This document shows, one piece after another, positions 51,430 to 64,000 of a stretch of DNA of 64,000 bases. The translations under genes and the position numbers were made by a program. This DNA is from Chiloscyllium plagiosum. Its lineage: Eukaryota. How positions within the stretch are numbered: the first letter of the stretch is position 1; each line of letters begins with the position of its first letter. The notes beneath the pieces were generated by a model. That model worked only from the letters and a program-made list of their open reading frames with translations. It did no database searches and was not told the DNA's origin. The stretch spans positions 78,849,678-78,913,677 of the forward strand of contig NC_057719.1 of assembly GCF_004010195.1 (NCBI RefSeq). The letters are read 5' to 3'.

Positions 51430-52045
51430 GAGTCATAGAGATGTACAGCATGGAAACAGACCCTTCAGTCCAACTCGTCCATGCCGACCAGATATCCTAA
51501 ATTAATCTAGTCCCATTTGCCAGCATTTGGACCATATCCCTCCAAACCTTTCCTATTCATATATTTATCCAGATGCCTTTTAAATGCTGTAATTGTACCA
51601 GCCTCCACCACTTCCTCTAGCAGCTCATTCCATACACGTACCACCCTCTGCGTGAAAAAGTTGTCCCTTAGGCCCTTTATAAATCTTTCGCCTCTCACCC
51701 TAAACCTATTCCCTCTAGTTCTGGACTCCCCACCCCAGGGAAAAGACGTTGTCTATTTGTCCTATCCATGTCCTTCATGATTTTATAAATCTCTGTAAGG
51801 TCACCCCTCAGCCTCCGATGCTCCAGGGAAAACAACCCCAGCCTATTCAGCCTCTCCCTATAGCTCAAACCCTCCAACCCTGGCAACAAACTTGAAAATC
51901 TTTTCTGAACCCTTTCAAGTTTCACAACATCTTTCCGATAGGAAGGAGACCAGAATTCAACGCAATATTCCAAAACTGGCCTAACCAATGTCCTGTACAG
52001 CCGCAACATGATCTCCCAACTCCTGTACTCAATGCTCCAATCAAT
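51430..52045 (-). mobile_element. CR1/HER1-like LINE 3' portion
   Basis: LRLYRTLVRPVLEYCVEFWSP..LERVQKRF..RGDLTEIYKIM. Confidence 0.93.
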
Positions 52046-52305
52046 AAAGGAGATAAAATAAATAAAAAGAAAAAGAGATAAGTTGAAAGATAAAGAGAAG
52101 GATAAAGAGATAAAGGTAGGACATAGATATAAAGATAAAGGATAAAGATATAGAGATGAGAGAGAAAAAGAAATAAAAAGTGAAAGAAATACAGATAAAT
52201 TGAAAGATAAAAGGGGTAAAGCTACATGTAAAAGTAGATCATAAAGAAAGAGAAAGAATAAGAGAAACAAAGACAGATAAAGAGAGAAAGAGAAAAAGAG
52301 AAAGA
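52045..52305. repeat. (GATAAA/GAGAAA)n purine-rich low-complexity tract
   Basis: Almost exclusively A/G with recurring gataaa. Confidence 0.85.
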
Positions 52306-52934
52306 TCCCATGAGAAGGTAATGTATTTTACCTCTTCTGACCAAAGGATAGAAATTTGGATACTTTTCCCCAAATGGTGGCATTTGCTTGGGTCAGTTGA
52401 GTTTTCAGGAGATTGATAGACTTTTCTTGGGATATCAGGGAACAAAAGATGAGTAAATGGAGTTAAGCCACCAATCAGCCATTTGTAATTGAATGGTGGT
52501 ATAGGTTCAAGGGGCTGAATAGCCTATTTCAGCTTCTGAGGAGAACAAGTAGCAGAGATCTTTAAATAAGGATTCAAATCTTCGGCCCAAATGATCATTT
52601 CCCATTTCGAAAACAATTTTTATCAATAAAATATTGAATAGTGGGCATCACTTTATCAATATAATTCAGTAATAATCAATCACCTTGACAAAGATTCGGA
52701 TGGGATTAGGAATAGAGCATTTGGCCCCTTGAGTCTGCTCTGCCTTTCACAGAAAGGAGAGCAGATTCATACCAAGTCCCACTCCCTTATCACCTCCTGA
52801 CGTCTGGACCCCAGTCCAATAATGCCTCTATTTTAAACCTCTCAATTTTTTATCTTTAAGTTCTTTGGTGTTCTCAGCCCCTGCCATCCCTGTAACCTCC
52901 TTTATCCTTCCAACACCTCCCCCCTACAACACCA

Positions 52935-53408
52935 CACCATAAGACCATAAGACATAGGAGTGGAAGTAAGGCCATTCGGCCCATCGAGTCCACTCCGCCA
53001 TTCAATCATGGCTGATGGACATTTCAACTCCACTTACCCGCATTCTCCCCGTAGCCCTTAATTCTTTGTGACATCAAAAACTTATCAATCTCTGCCTTGA
53101 AGACATTTAGCGTCCCGGCCTCCACTGCACTCTGTGGCAATTAATTCCACAGGCCCACCACTCTCTGGCTGAAGAAATGTCTTCGCATTTCTGTTCTGAA
53201 CTGACCCCCTCTAATTTTAAGGCTGTGCCCATGGGTCCTAGTCTCCCCGCCTAATGGAAACAATTTCTTAGCNNNNNNNNNNNNNNNNNNNNNNNNNNNN
53301 NNNNNNNNNNNNNNNNNNNNNNNNNNNNNNCACGGACTCAACCTGCATGTTTACCTTTAGAGAATCCTCGACTAGCACTCTCAGATCCCTTTGTACTTTG
53401 GCTTTATG
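52935..53408 (-). mobile_element. Young CR1 LINE 3' portion spanning a 58-N gap (53273-53330)
   Basis: (ccataaga)n tail and the peptide KLFPLGGETRTHGHSLKIRGGQFRTEMRRHFFSQRVV. Confidence 0.9.
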
Positions 53409-53790
53409 AAAAACACCAAACAACACCCACCCCACCAGTGGAACCCTTCCAATGCCACTTGCTCATTTTCAGTTTCCCTCAACCTAACAGTGTCTGGAGT
53501 TCTGGAAATCCCTCCTTAAAGTTCTCCACCTCCCCTTAAAGCCTATTGCACTGGTGAAGTACTTGCTCACTGATCCCAACACCTCCTTGGGTGCCATGAT
53601 ATCAAATGATTGCTGAATTATTGAGTAACTTGCTTGTTTTGTTTTATCACATTGAAGGTTAAATCAATTCAAGCGATCAAGCGGCTCGAGGGTGATCAAG
53701 GATGATTGTAGTCAGTTTCGGATTTGAAGAAGGATATTGTGGAAATGGGCTGCATGCAGAGATTCACCTTCACAGTGAAGCCCAACTTAC

Positions 53791-53919
53791 CTCGACACTG
53801 TCTAACATCCTTCCCACTGAGGCGGAAACCTGACTCGCAGCTGCAATGTTGTGAGCCCTGGACATCTGTGCAACGTGGCTGGTGACTGAAGGACGAGTCA
53901 CTCTGTGATGTAGTCCACT
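53791..53919 (-). CDS. FBLN7: Fibulin-7 / fibulin-7-like, internal coding exon (linker and partial EGF-like)
   Basis: Translates (Q)WTTSQSDSSFSHQPRCTDVQGSQHCSCESGFRLSGKDVRQCR, resembling the recalled FBLN7 segment FSRAPRC...QHCSCEAGFHLSG. Acceptor ggcAG at 53921-53920, donor GTAAGT at 53790. 129 bp, phase 1-1. Confidence 0.88.
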
Positions 53920-54029
53920 CTGCCATGTGCAAGAAACAAGTGGCGATAAAGTAAACAAAAGCATGGAACTGATGCCAAACCTTTACAAATTACTGACTAG
54001 GCCTTAGCTGGAGGATTATGTCCTCAAGT

Positions 54030-54830
54030 GATACAGCATGAAAACAGGCCCTTCGGTCCAACTCATCCATGCTGACCAGATATCCCAAACTGAGCTAGTC
54101 CCATTTGCTTGCATTTGGTCCATATCCCTCTGAACTTCTCCTATTTATGTACCTGTCAAAATTTCTTTTAAATGTTGTAATTGTACCAGCCCCCACCACT
54201 TCCTTGGGCAGTTCGTTCTAGACACACACCACCCTCTGCATGAAAAAGTTGTCCCTTTGCTCCCTTTTAAATCTTTCCCCTCGTGCCTTAAACCTATGCC
54301 CTCTGGTTTTCGATTCTCCTACCCTTGGAGAAAGACCTGGGCTTTTCACTTTATTTACGCCCCTCGTGATTTTATAAACCTCTACAAGGTCACCACTCAG
54401 CCTCGATACTCCAGGGGAAAAAGCCCCAGCCTTTTCAGCTTCTCTCTAAAATGCAAACCCTCCAAACCTGGCAACATCTTTCCTGAATCCTTTCAAGAGG
54501 TTTAGCAGCATCTTTCCTATAGCAGGGAGACCAATTATTTTACACTGAACTGAACTCTGTTCCTTGACAATGTAGCATCACAATCAGTAATGACTTTTCT
54601 CCTGTAGCATGGAGACCAGAATTGTAAAAGTGGCAACAACAGTGCCTCATAAAGCTTCAACATGACATCCCAACTGCTTTAGTCAATGTTCTGACTAATG
54701 AAGGTGAGCATGCCAAACACCTTCTTCACCACTCTGTGTACTTGTGCTGCCACTTTCAAGAAGCTATGTACCTGAACCCCTAAGTCCTTCTGTTCAACAG
54801 CACTCCCAGCAGCCTACCATTAACTGTGTA
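54030..54830 (-). mobile_element. CR1/HER1-like LINE 3' portion
   Basis: Homologous to the copies at 21520-22500 and 51430. Confidence 0.88.
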
Positions 54831-55189
54831 AATTCTGTGTCCTATTCCAGGCATCGTTCTTTGGAAAGGATGGCAAAGCAAGGAGAGTTACCAAAATGGA
54901 AAACATTTCTCAGTTATTTGGAGAGACTAAAATAAGTACATTTTTTTCTCTGTGGAAAAGAGAAGGTTAAAGACAGATTGCAAAATAAGTTTTCAAAATA
55001 ATGAGGAACCGTGCTAAAGTACATAGGGAGCAATTGTTTCAATTATTTGGAGAGACTAAAATTGTTCTCTGCAGAAAGGAAAAGGTCAAAGACAGATTGA
55101 AAAATAAATTTTCAAAAGGATGAGGGACCTTGCTAGAGGACATTGTGAGCAATTATTTCCAATGTCAGGGGCATTAGTAACCAGGCAAC

Positions 55190-55498
55190 TAGATTGGATT
55201 AGATTCCCTACAGTGTGGAAACAGGCCCTTCAGCCCAACCAGCCCACACTGACCCTCCGAAGAATAACCTACCCAGACCGATTTCCCTCTGACTAATGCA
55301 CCGAATACTATGGGCAATTTACCTGACCTACACATCTTGGTGACTGTGGGAGGAAACCAAAGCACCCAGAGGAAACCCACACAGACACGGGGAGAATGTG
55401 CAAACTCCACATAGACAGTCGCCCAAGGCTGGAATCGAACCTGGGACCCTGGTGTTGTGAGGCAGCAGTGCTAACCACTGAGCCGCCATGCCGCCCCA
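55190..55498 (-). mobile_element. HE1-like SINE
   Basis: Head gggcggcatggcggctcagtggttagcactgctgcc, plus core and tail. Confidence 0.92.
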
Positions 55499-56084
55499 AA
55501 TTTAAACTAATTTAAAATATCTGGGAAAATACGAGTATACAAGAAATTAGAGCATAGTCAAGCTTAGACCATGCAGACACCATTTAATGTTGGGCTTCAC
55601 TTTCCTGCCTGTGCCCTATATCTCTTGATTCCCTTAGAAACAAAATTTCAATCTAACCCAGCCTTTAAAGTGTATTCAAAGTACAGACTCCATAACCCTA
55701 AAGAATTCCAAAGATTCACAATCCTTTGATTGAAGTAATTTCTCATCTCAGTCCTGAATAATCAGCCTCTTATTCTGACACTGTGCCCCCATGTTTTTCA
55801 TTTCTAAAGCACTAGCGCTCTCTCAGCATCTGCCCTCTTAAGCCCTCTTCAGAATCATCTTCGTGAGGTCGCCTCGCACTCTTCCAAAAGCCAAAGAATA
55901 TGGACCCAATGTACTCAGCCTCTCATTATTGGACCATGCCTTTTCCTAGAGATCAATTCAGTGAGTGCTTCTTGCACTAGATCCACATTCTCCCTTAAAT
56001 ACGGAGACCAAAACTGCACATATAGGGCAAAATCCTTCATTGGCAGTAAGGATTTTTAGAATCCAGTGGACGTCACTCAGTGAG

Positions 56085-56640
56085 CCAGCATTTATTGCCC
56101 GTCTCTAGTTTCCCTTGAGATGGTGGTGATGGGCTGCCTTCTTGAACCACTGCAGTCCACATGTTGTAGTTAGACCAACAATGCAATTGGGGAGAATATT
56201 CCAGGATTTTCACTCAGTGACCGTGAAGGAACAGCAATATTATTTTATTCATTTGTGGGATGTGGGCATCAATGGCTGGCCAGCATTTATTGTCTGGTTG
56301 CTCTTGAGAAAGGGTGGTGAGCTGCCTTCTTGAACCGCCACAATGCCCTTAGGGAGAGAATTTCAGGATTTTGACCCAGCGACAATGAAGGAACGGCGAT
56401 ATATTTCCAAGTCAGGATGGTGAATGGTTTGGAGAGGGTCTTGAAGGCGATGGTGTTCTCATCTATCTGCTGCCCTTGTCCTTCTAGGTGGAAGTGGTTG
56501 TTGGTTTGGAAGGTGCAGTCTTTGGATCTTTGGTGAACTTCCTCAGTGCATCTTGTAGATGGTACACACTGCTGCTACTCAGCGTTGATGGCAGAGGGAG
56601 TGAACATGGGTGTCTATCAAGCAAGTTGCATTGTAGATTA
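56085..56640 (-). mobile_element. Two adjacent 3' ends of a CR1-superfamily LINE
   Basis: ccagcatttattg...gctgccttcttgaacc..caggatttt..gaaggaac occurs at ~56085-56245 and again at ~56280-56410. Confidence 0.65.
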
Positions 56641-57154
56641 GGCTCAGGGATCACAATCTGACAGCACGTTATAGGTAGCTGCTTTTGGAGAAAATGACAG
56701 CTGGGGTCTCTAACACACTAAGGACAGCTGGACACCAGGCCTATGATGGGCACCATGTTGGTGATGTGCTGCTGGAATCAGCCAGGACAGATTTGGAGAG
56801 GCCATGCACAGACTGGAGTGAAAGGCAGGGAAGGTTTTGACTGCTATCATGGCTCTGGCATATGGAGACTTAGCTCCCTCTCTGCCAAAATGTTTACCAA
56901 CATCTGCGAAAATGTGGCCCACTCATTAAGCCTGTCTATATCCATCTGCAGACTTTCCCATTTACACAGTTTAGGTGAATACCTTTCCTCAGAGAGCTAT
57001 GGGTGGTTCAGGAATGCAATTTGCTGCCATCACAAGGCTAGTCAAGGTAATAGATGCCCATATGCCACAAGCAAATATATAAATAAATGCCCCCGCGCAC
57101 ACAAAACAGCAGTGTCCTGGCTGATAATTATCCTTTAAGCAACAGTTGACCTAG

Positions 57155-57542
57155 ATCATAGAATCCCTACAGTGTGGAAGCAGGCCATTTGGCCCATCAA
57201 GTTCACAATACCTCTCTGAAGAGCATCAGATCCAGACTCAACCCCCTACCTACCCTGTAACTCTGCATTATCCATGGCTAATCCACTCCAACTGCAAATC
57301 CATCCCACCTGCAAATCCACCTAGCTTGCACATCCCTGGACACCATGGGCAATTTAGCATGGCCAATTCACCTAAACTACACATTTTCAGACTGTGGCAG
57401 CAAACTTGAGCACCCAGAGGAAACCCACACAGACACGGTGGGAATGTACAAACTCCAAACAGACAGTCGCTCGAGGGTGGAATTAAACCCAAGTCCCTGG
57501 CACTGTGAGACAGCAGTGCTAATCACTGAGCCACTGTGCCAA
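57155..57542 (-). mobile_element. HE1-like SINE with duplicated core
   Basis: catagaatccctacagtgtggaa tail, core and head. Confidence 0.85.
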
Positions 57543-58659
57543 CCTGATCACTGTCTTATTGCTCGTTATGGGAACCCGCTATGCTCAGATTGGCTGCCAA
57601 CTTTCTGGCTGGTTTATAGAATATGCTCAATAAACCAGCTGTAAAGCGCTTTGGGGTATGAGGAAACGAAAGATGCGATATGTATGCAAGCTGCTGACTG
57701 ACTGTCTTTCATTTTGTAACCTGCTTTTGGTTTTGCACACAGCCACCTCCAAAAAAAGCCAAACATCTTCAGAAAGGGGCGGGGCCCAGACTCATAATGT
57801 ACCCAACACTGAGTACCTCTTCTATGTGGACGACTGACCAATAAGAGAATGAGACAGGGAGACAAGAAGCCACAGCTATTCATCTGTCCGCTGTGCTATT
57901 CACTTATTGCATTCCCTCTTTTATAGCTGTTAGTCGATCTTTGCCCCTTGAGCAGCGAGCTTGTTCTGTGTTTTTGAAGAAAACAGGGGTCCCATTGTCA
58001 CTGGAGATACCTCGGGATCAGTCCAAGTGATTAGGAGAGTGAGAATTAGACGGGACTTGCATTCCTGAGGTGAAATAAGCCTGGCAACATTCCCAGATCC
58101 CCACAGTGCATGCTGCTAATAGCAGTGAGAGCCAGCAGTTCCTACCCAAACTTAACACCATGTGGTAGATTTAGCCTGGTTTAAGCTCACTGTTTCACAT
58201 CAATTCCCTAGTGAGTATTGCATGCCAGTAGGCATGAGAGCTGTCTTCTATCACCTCAGAGCATAGTACAAGTCACTTCTCTTTCAGCGCTGCCCCACAT
58301 CAAATTACAGTTCCCATCGTTTACACCATCCACATTTATATAGGGCAACCACCTGCATAAGGCAAACTGTGCCAACTATATGTCATCACCATGCATGTCA
58401 AACACAAAGATACCACTGAAATGTATTAGATCACATCAGCTATTTGACGGGCAGCTGAGTACCTAGCCCATTTAAAATGCTCCACTGATTTCAAACCAAG
58501 TTGAAGCTTTTGTGCACCTTCATCAGCTCAAATCGTTAATGACAGCAGACAGGTCATAAAGTGCAAACTTCACTCGCCTCTCCTGGGAAATTATATCACT
58601 GCAAGGTTGGGAGAAAAGGAAGATATTTCAAGTGAGAAGACAGGAAGGTTGAGAAAGAG

Positions 58660-58890
58660 ATTTGCATTTGAATAGCACCTTTCACAATCTCAAGGTGGCC
58701 CAAAGCATCTTTCTGCGTACAAAATACCTTTTTGCAAGATTGCCACCCTGAAGTGTAAGAAACACGACAGCTATTTTGCACACAGCAAGATCCCACAAAC
58801 ATCAATGTGATGATAGCCAAACAATCTGCTTTCAGTGATTTTAGTTGAAACATGCATAAATTTGGCCAAGACAATTCAGGGGCAAACAGC
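58660..58890 (-). mobile_element. Deu-domain SINE-like repeat (SacSINE1-like)
   Basis: ttgcatttgaatagcacctttcac...tttgcacacagcaagatcccacaaacatcaatgtga, multicopy in the window. Confidence 0.6.
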
Positions 58891-59804
58891 TTCAAATGGT
58901 ATGATGGAACCTGAAATGGTAAATTGTGTCCTGGTCGAACACTCTCAATCAGCACCTTTGAGCTCAAATTTGCACAAGCTTTTAATAAGATGTTTCATTC
59001 AACATAAACATTGAACAATGTTGATGGGGCTGACGTTTTCCTGACTGGCATATTCATTTATTTATTTTTAATTTTATGGAACAGTACAAGTTGCAAACAA
59101 ACAGTTAACATGAACAACCGTATACAGGAAACAGCAATTTATAAGGGAAAGGAGAGGCAAAGCCAAACCCTAAACCCCACTGTACAACAACTTCACAGGG
59201 AAACAAGGATGATCCTCAAATCCTTACTCACAGGTTTACATTCACTGGCCAGAATGCACTTCATATGAATCATATTGGCACAGAGATAGCCTGCTCTGTG
59301 CAGCATTGACCATACCTCTGTCCAAATTTCCATTCGGCTTCTCCCAAGTCACAACCATTTTGTAACAGATCTCCTTTGGTACCTTCTCTCAATATCTCCA
59401 TTCCTCTCCCATTAAGGATGAATATATTGATGGAGGTTTCAACACATCTTCATGGATTGCAAGCGGTAGAGGTATTGCCACGTTAATGATGACTGAGAAT
59501 TACCTTCCAAGTTTCGTTTAAATTTTCAGCAAGGCAGTTTTATTCTGATTTCACCCAGTGAAATGAACCAGACAATGTCTGCCACCTATTTTGTCAGCTT
59601 TAATGCACAGACTTTTAAGGGCTCTTGTGGTGTGGCGGTAGTGTCCCTATCTCTGAGCCAGGAGACCTGAGTTCAAGTCCCACCTGCTCTGGAGGTATGT
59701 AAAAACATCAATGAACAGGTCAATGAGAAAATATTTACATACAAGTGTGCCAAGTGTTATACACTGAATCCAATGCTTTACAGATAGAAGGAATATGGTG
59801 GCAG

Positions 59805-59937
59805 AGAAATTGCTGGAGAAACTCAGCAGGTCTGGCAGCATGTATGGGGAGCAAAAATGGATGTTAGATGCTGCCCGACCTGTTGAGTATCTCCAGCAAT
59901 TTCTTTTTCCGTCTCAGATTTCCAGCATCCACAATTC
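59805..59937. mobile_element. Short palindromic Penelope-like terminal-repeat remnant
   Basis: 37-bp inverted arms at 59805-59841 and 59868-59904, followed by cagatttccagcatc. A related single-arm fragment lies at ~4340-4415. Confidence 0.55.
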
Positions 59938-62148
59938 TTAATTTTATATTACATAGACACAACCTGCCTGTTTTATCATCTTTAAAAATAAGAGACCATT
60001 TGCCAACTAATTAGCATTTTCCACTCATAGTGTATAAATGTGTTTTATTTTTCTTTTGTCATTGGTATTCTTGCAAATTGCCTTGATGAGTGCAAGACAA
60101 AAAGTTTCAACAGAAATGCCTTGTTCCAACAAGTTCTGCATTATCAAACAACTGTATATAATCAGTTCACGTTTGATACATGGCTCCTTGGTTACCTCTG
60201 CGTGTTTTTCCTGACAACTCTTACTGTCTTTTGCAGTCTCAGGGCTCTTCAGTGTTGATAGTGTTGGAAAACACAGATGACAATTCAGTACAGTCACAAG
60301 TTGACAATACAAAACAAATTTCTTACACCAACATAAAAGTGAAACCAGTTGTGTTTACGTTTTCCATTAGCCCTTTGAAACTTTCTACCTGTTTCCTGAC
60401 AGGCTCTTCAGCGATCGATTGCTCCCCTGCCTTCTCACTCGTTTGAGCTGAGCCATGGTAATTTATTTATTAATTTCAACACATGTCCATGGATTACTGA
60501 GCCATTTTAAAGTTTCATCTGGCCCAGCAGGATGTATTATCTTTATTCAGAGCCTCCAATGTGTATTCAATGCATGTTTGAACTTAGACTCCAGACTGCT
60601 CCCACAGATATATCTCACACCTTTGCCTGTATTTGCTTTGGAGTTATAAATTCCTCTTTTCCTCAAAGCAGAGAGCCAACTCTCTTGTTGCAGCATTTCA
60701 CTCCAGCTCTACATTGCTTTGACCATTGTTATGATAGAGTCTAGAGGAGCACCCTGTATCTCTCTTTAGGTCCACAAATCCATTGACCAAAACATATAGT
60801 TACAGGTTTATCCAGTTACTCTAATGACAATTTAGATTTTTTTAAAAGTCTACATTGGGTTTTAAAAAAAGCAATGTCTATTAGTTTCTTTAATAAACAA
60901 AGAAATGATTTATTGGAAAAAATTAGGCTTATTTAACAAAGGTGTAAAAGCTAATTTGCACATAGTTTAAAACATGCAAGTATAAATATCTACCGTTTTG
61001 TATCTCTTTTTAAATAGCCACACCAGGAAAAGGGAGGAAAAAAAATGACTCTCTGTCCCTTTCTGCAGAGATTCACTTTGGGGGAAAAAAGAATGTTTGG
61101 CTAATAATGTTTCGTTCTTGAATGCACAACGGTTAAGGTGCGAAGTGTGCAGAAGGCTGATGTCCTGAGTGACACTAAACATAAGCATTTCTCTCTGGGA
61201 TCTTCACAACTGCAGCCTATTGGGGATTCCTCTAGATACTGCTCAAGAGGACAACCAAGGCAGTCAATCTGGGATGCTCTACTTCTTCAACAGGTTGGTC
61301 ACCTACTGCTCCAAACAATGTCTAAAACAAATGTCTAAAAAACACTGCAACTTGAAATGGTCATCAATCCAGGCAGGGGACTCACCAGTAAAAACATTAT
61401 CACAAGATACGCCACTATTAAGAAATGTCTCATTAAATAAAAGTTCCAATGTCCTTTCATTAACCTTTAAAATAAAAATGGGCATCCACAATTCTTCAAG
61501 TGCAAGTCCACAAACGTTCACAATACCAATCATCAGAGTATTCTCCATTGGTGAAGACTACCACAAGGATTCCTTCTGTTAAATCTTCAGTTCCTCCCTA
61601 CTGCTGACTGAGCTGTGTCAGCAGATGACTGGAAGCTGACCCTGAAGATCTCACACTGCTGCTCACCATGTTGTATGGACATGCCAGCTCACCACATTGT
61701 ATGAGCTGCTGCTTATGAAGATTACCAAATTCTAGTGTAGGAAACCAAATTATTTGTCTGGTGGTCATGTAGTCCGTGTAACGGTGGAAGACCGCATCCT
61801 TGATTAAACTAAAAGAGTTTCTTGTAGTTAGCAAGATATAGTTTATTACATATTAGCAACTAGTTGCAAGTTATTTTGATACAAAAACGTAGTTAAAGGC
61901 TATGAGGAGATATTAGGATCTCAAAGGAGAGAGAGAGAGAGACCTAAACTGTTCTACCCTTATCTGACACAATCACAGCCAGTGTTTTTTTATGACTCTC
62001 CTCACTATTAACCCTTTCAGACCCATATTCAACACCACACTGCCTCTGTACAATACTGGAAATCAGCCTGGGTGATACACTCAGCTCTCTTCCCACAAGC
62101 CTCTAGGATCGGCACTGCCCTGGGGTTATACGATCTTGCAAGACTTAC

Positions 62149-62274
62149 GTGAGTTTAAGGTAAGGTGGCAATTATAGCCAGCCCAGCCTGCTCGACAGAG
62201 ACAGGCATATCGGTTTACATCATCCACGCAGGTTCCACCATTGACACAGGGATTACTGGCACACTCGTTTATAT
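62149..62274 (-). CDS. FBLN7: Fibulin-7 / fibulin-7-like, internal coding exon (Ca-binding EGF domain)
   Basis: Translates (D)INECASNPCVNGGTCVDDVNRYACLCRAGWAGYNCHLTLNS. Acceptor cttcAG at 62276-62275, donor GTAAGT at 62148. 126 bp, phase 1-1, in frame with the next exon. Confidence 0.9.
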
Positions 62275-64000
62275 CTGAAGGAAGAGATCGTAAGCAATGC
62301 GCAGTATTAGATTTGAAGGTGGCATTGTATTCTGCAACTGGCAATCAATTTACACTTAAAACAGCACCCTTACCGAGGGAAATGGTCCCTCAGTGGCACT
62401 TCCCAGAAGAAACCTGCACACTGAGCCCCAGAAGGAGATACTAGGGCAGGCGATGAGATAGGTTTAACAAAGGAGGAAAAGGTGAGGGGGTTTTAAGAGG
62501 GGAATTCGGTAATTAAAGGTCAAAAGAAGGAATAAATTGACAATGGAGGAGCAAAGAAAATTGGAGATACAGAAAAGGCCAGAACTGGAAGAACCCCGAG
62601 ATCTGGGAGGGGCTGTAGGATTTGAGAGGAATACAGAGGTAGTTGTGGAAGTACTTGATGCACATAACATACATCAGCGAGAACAGAAAATGATAGGCAA
62701 ATAAGACTGGGACGATGTGAAGTGTAGCCCTCATCAGAACCCATTCACCAGCACAGACAGGTATCCTACCACAACTGCATGGAGTCAGTGGAGGGGTGCA
62801 GCTCTGGATGGTCTAAGGAGTAGATGTGATACTTCTTGAACAGAAAAGCCTGTGGAGACTCAAGAGAAGAGAGTGGTACAGCCAAAGGCGTGAGCTGCTA
62901 ATGATCTGTGGCCCACTCTCACTCTTTCCATTATACATACACACACACACACACGTATAATTGAGAACTATATCACACCCACATTATGGCAAGGAAACAT
63001 AATCAGCTCTGAAGAAAGTGCCAACGGCAATTTTCTGTTAGGTTAGACAGTGCACAACAGAGTCCCAGGCAGGGGTGAATACATTTAACGCAGTCTTTAA
63101 AACCTCAGCAATTTGTGCAAAACAAATGCTTCAGTTTCACACCCTTAGGACATACATGATGTATTTAGAAAGAGTAGTATCTCTAGCTATTGTAGTATAG
63201 GGGAAAGCAACAGATTTGTGCACAGCAAGATCCCGCAAGTAGCAATGGAAGAATTACCAGATTATCTTGTTTAGTGATACTGTCTGAGACCTGAATATTG
63301 ATCAGGACATCAGAAAGAACTTCTCTGAGCTTCTTGACAGATCGGTGTGGGATCATTTACAAAATACACTGCAACAGTGGGATTCACTCAATGCTACGGA
63401 TTCTTTGCTCTGGATTAGGATTTTAACCCATGATTGAGGTAGGAGCATCCCCAACTTAGCCACAAGGTGAACAAAAGCAATTCATACCACTTTGACATTG
63501 ACCGTGGCAATACAAGGTCTGATGTATACTATAAAGCAGGAAGTGATAATACATCCCTCAGAGAATCATGGAACAGGTGGTCTGTTCATTCTCTGAACAG
63601 GGCAAAAATATACCCCTCCTTGCCATCAACATCTGTATAGTAAGGGATCCCCTTGAGGACTATTACTTGATTTTAGGGGCTACTTTTTCATTCACACTTA
63701 ATCCTTTAACAGGTAATGGGGTTACAGTGTAACATTACCTCCTGTATTTTTATTTTTAAATAAAGGACATTTCGACTCACACAGAAGCAGAGAATTCATC
63801 ATCAATCTCAATAATTATAAACCTATCAAAATTTAAAGTTACAAAAGTCAATAAAAGCATCGATTTCCTTGATACCACAGTATTTAAATTGGTACAAGAC
63901 AAGTATAAATTGACCTTTCTTCCCCAATAGTAACTGATGAAGTGTTTCTGCACACAAAAAGCCATTAACCTAAACGCTGCTTTTGCAGCCTACTCCTGCC

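Noticed and set aside
51695..52270. 191-aa ORF with hydrophobic N-terminus resembling a membrane protein
   Set aside because: The hydrophobic part is the translated pyrimidine-rich low-complexity tract fused to CR1 ORF2.
55430..55498. tRNA gene
   Set aside because: It is the tRNA-derived A/B-box head of an HE1-like SINE, contiguous with the SINE body, as at the other copies.
57770..57930. GC box, CCAAT and TATA as an intronic promoter
   Set aside because: TATAAAA is on the minus strand, placing the GC and CCAAT boxes downstream of it. The arrangement is incoherent and there is no CpG island.

Overview
Repeat-rich vertebrate genomic DNA, most likely from an elasmobranch (shark), judged from abundant HE1-like SINEs, CR1/HER1-like LINEs and Deu-domain SINEs. 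It has two assembly gaps (26800-27497 and 53273-53330). The only host gene I can support is a fibulin-7-family gene on the minus strand: five in-phase GT-AG coding exons (62149-62274, 53791-53919, 51022-51159, 50736-50874, 47865-48225) encoding EGF/cbEGF domains and the fibulin C-terminal module. Its 5' exons presumably lie beyond the window end. The rest is layered transposable elements. The most notable signals are: (1) several Penelope-like element (PLE) families carrying minimal hammerhead-ribozyme cores, inserted as palindromes or fold-backs with target-site duplications (TSDs); (2) two Tx1-clade L1 copies with identical 5' junctions, inserted at the same position of an LTR-like repeat; (3) a near-perfect ~90-bp inverted duplication flanking a 420-bp segment; (4) nested Gypsy > CR1 > Rex/Babar insertions; (5) a 24-bp minisatellite. 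Family names come from recognised motifs, not database searches, and TE boundaries are approximate unless TSDs are quoted.
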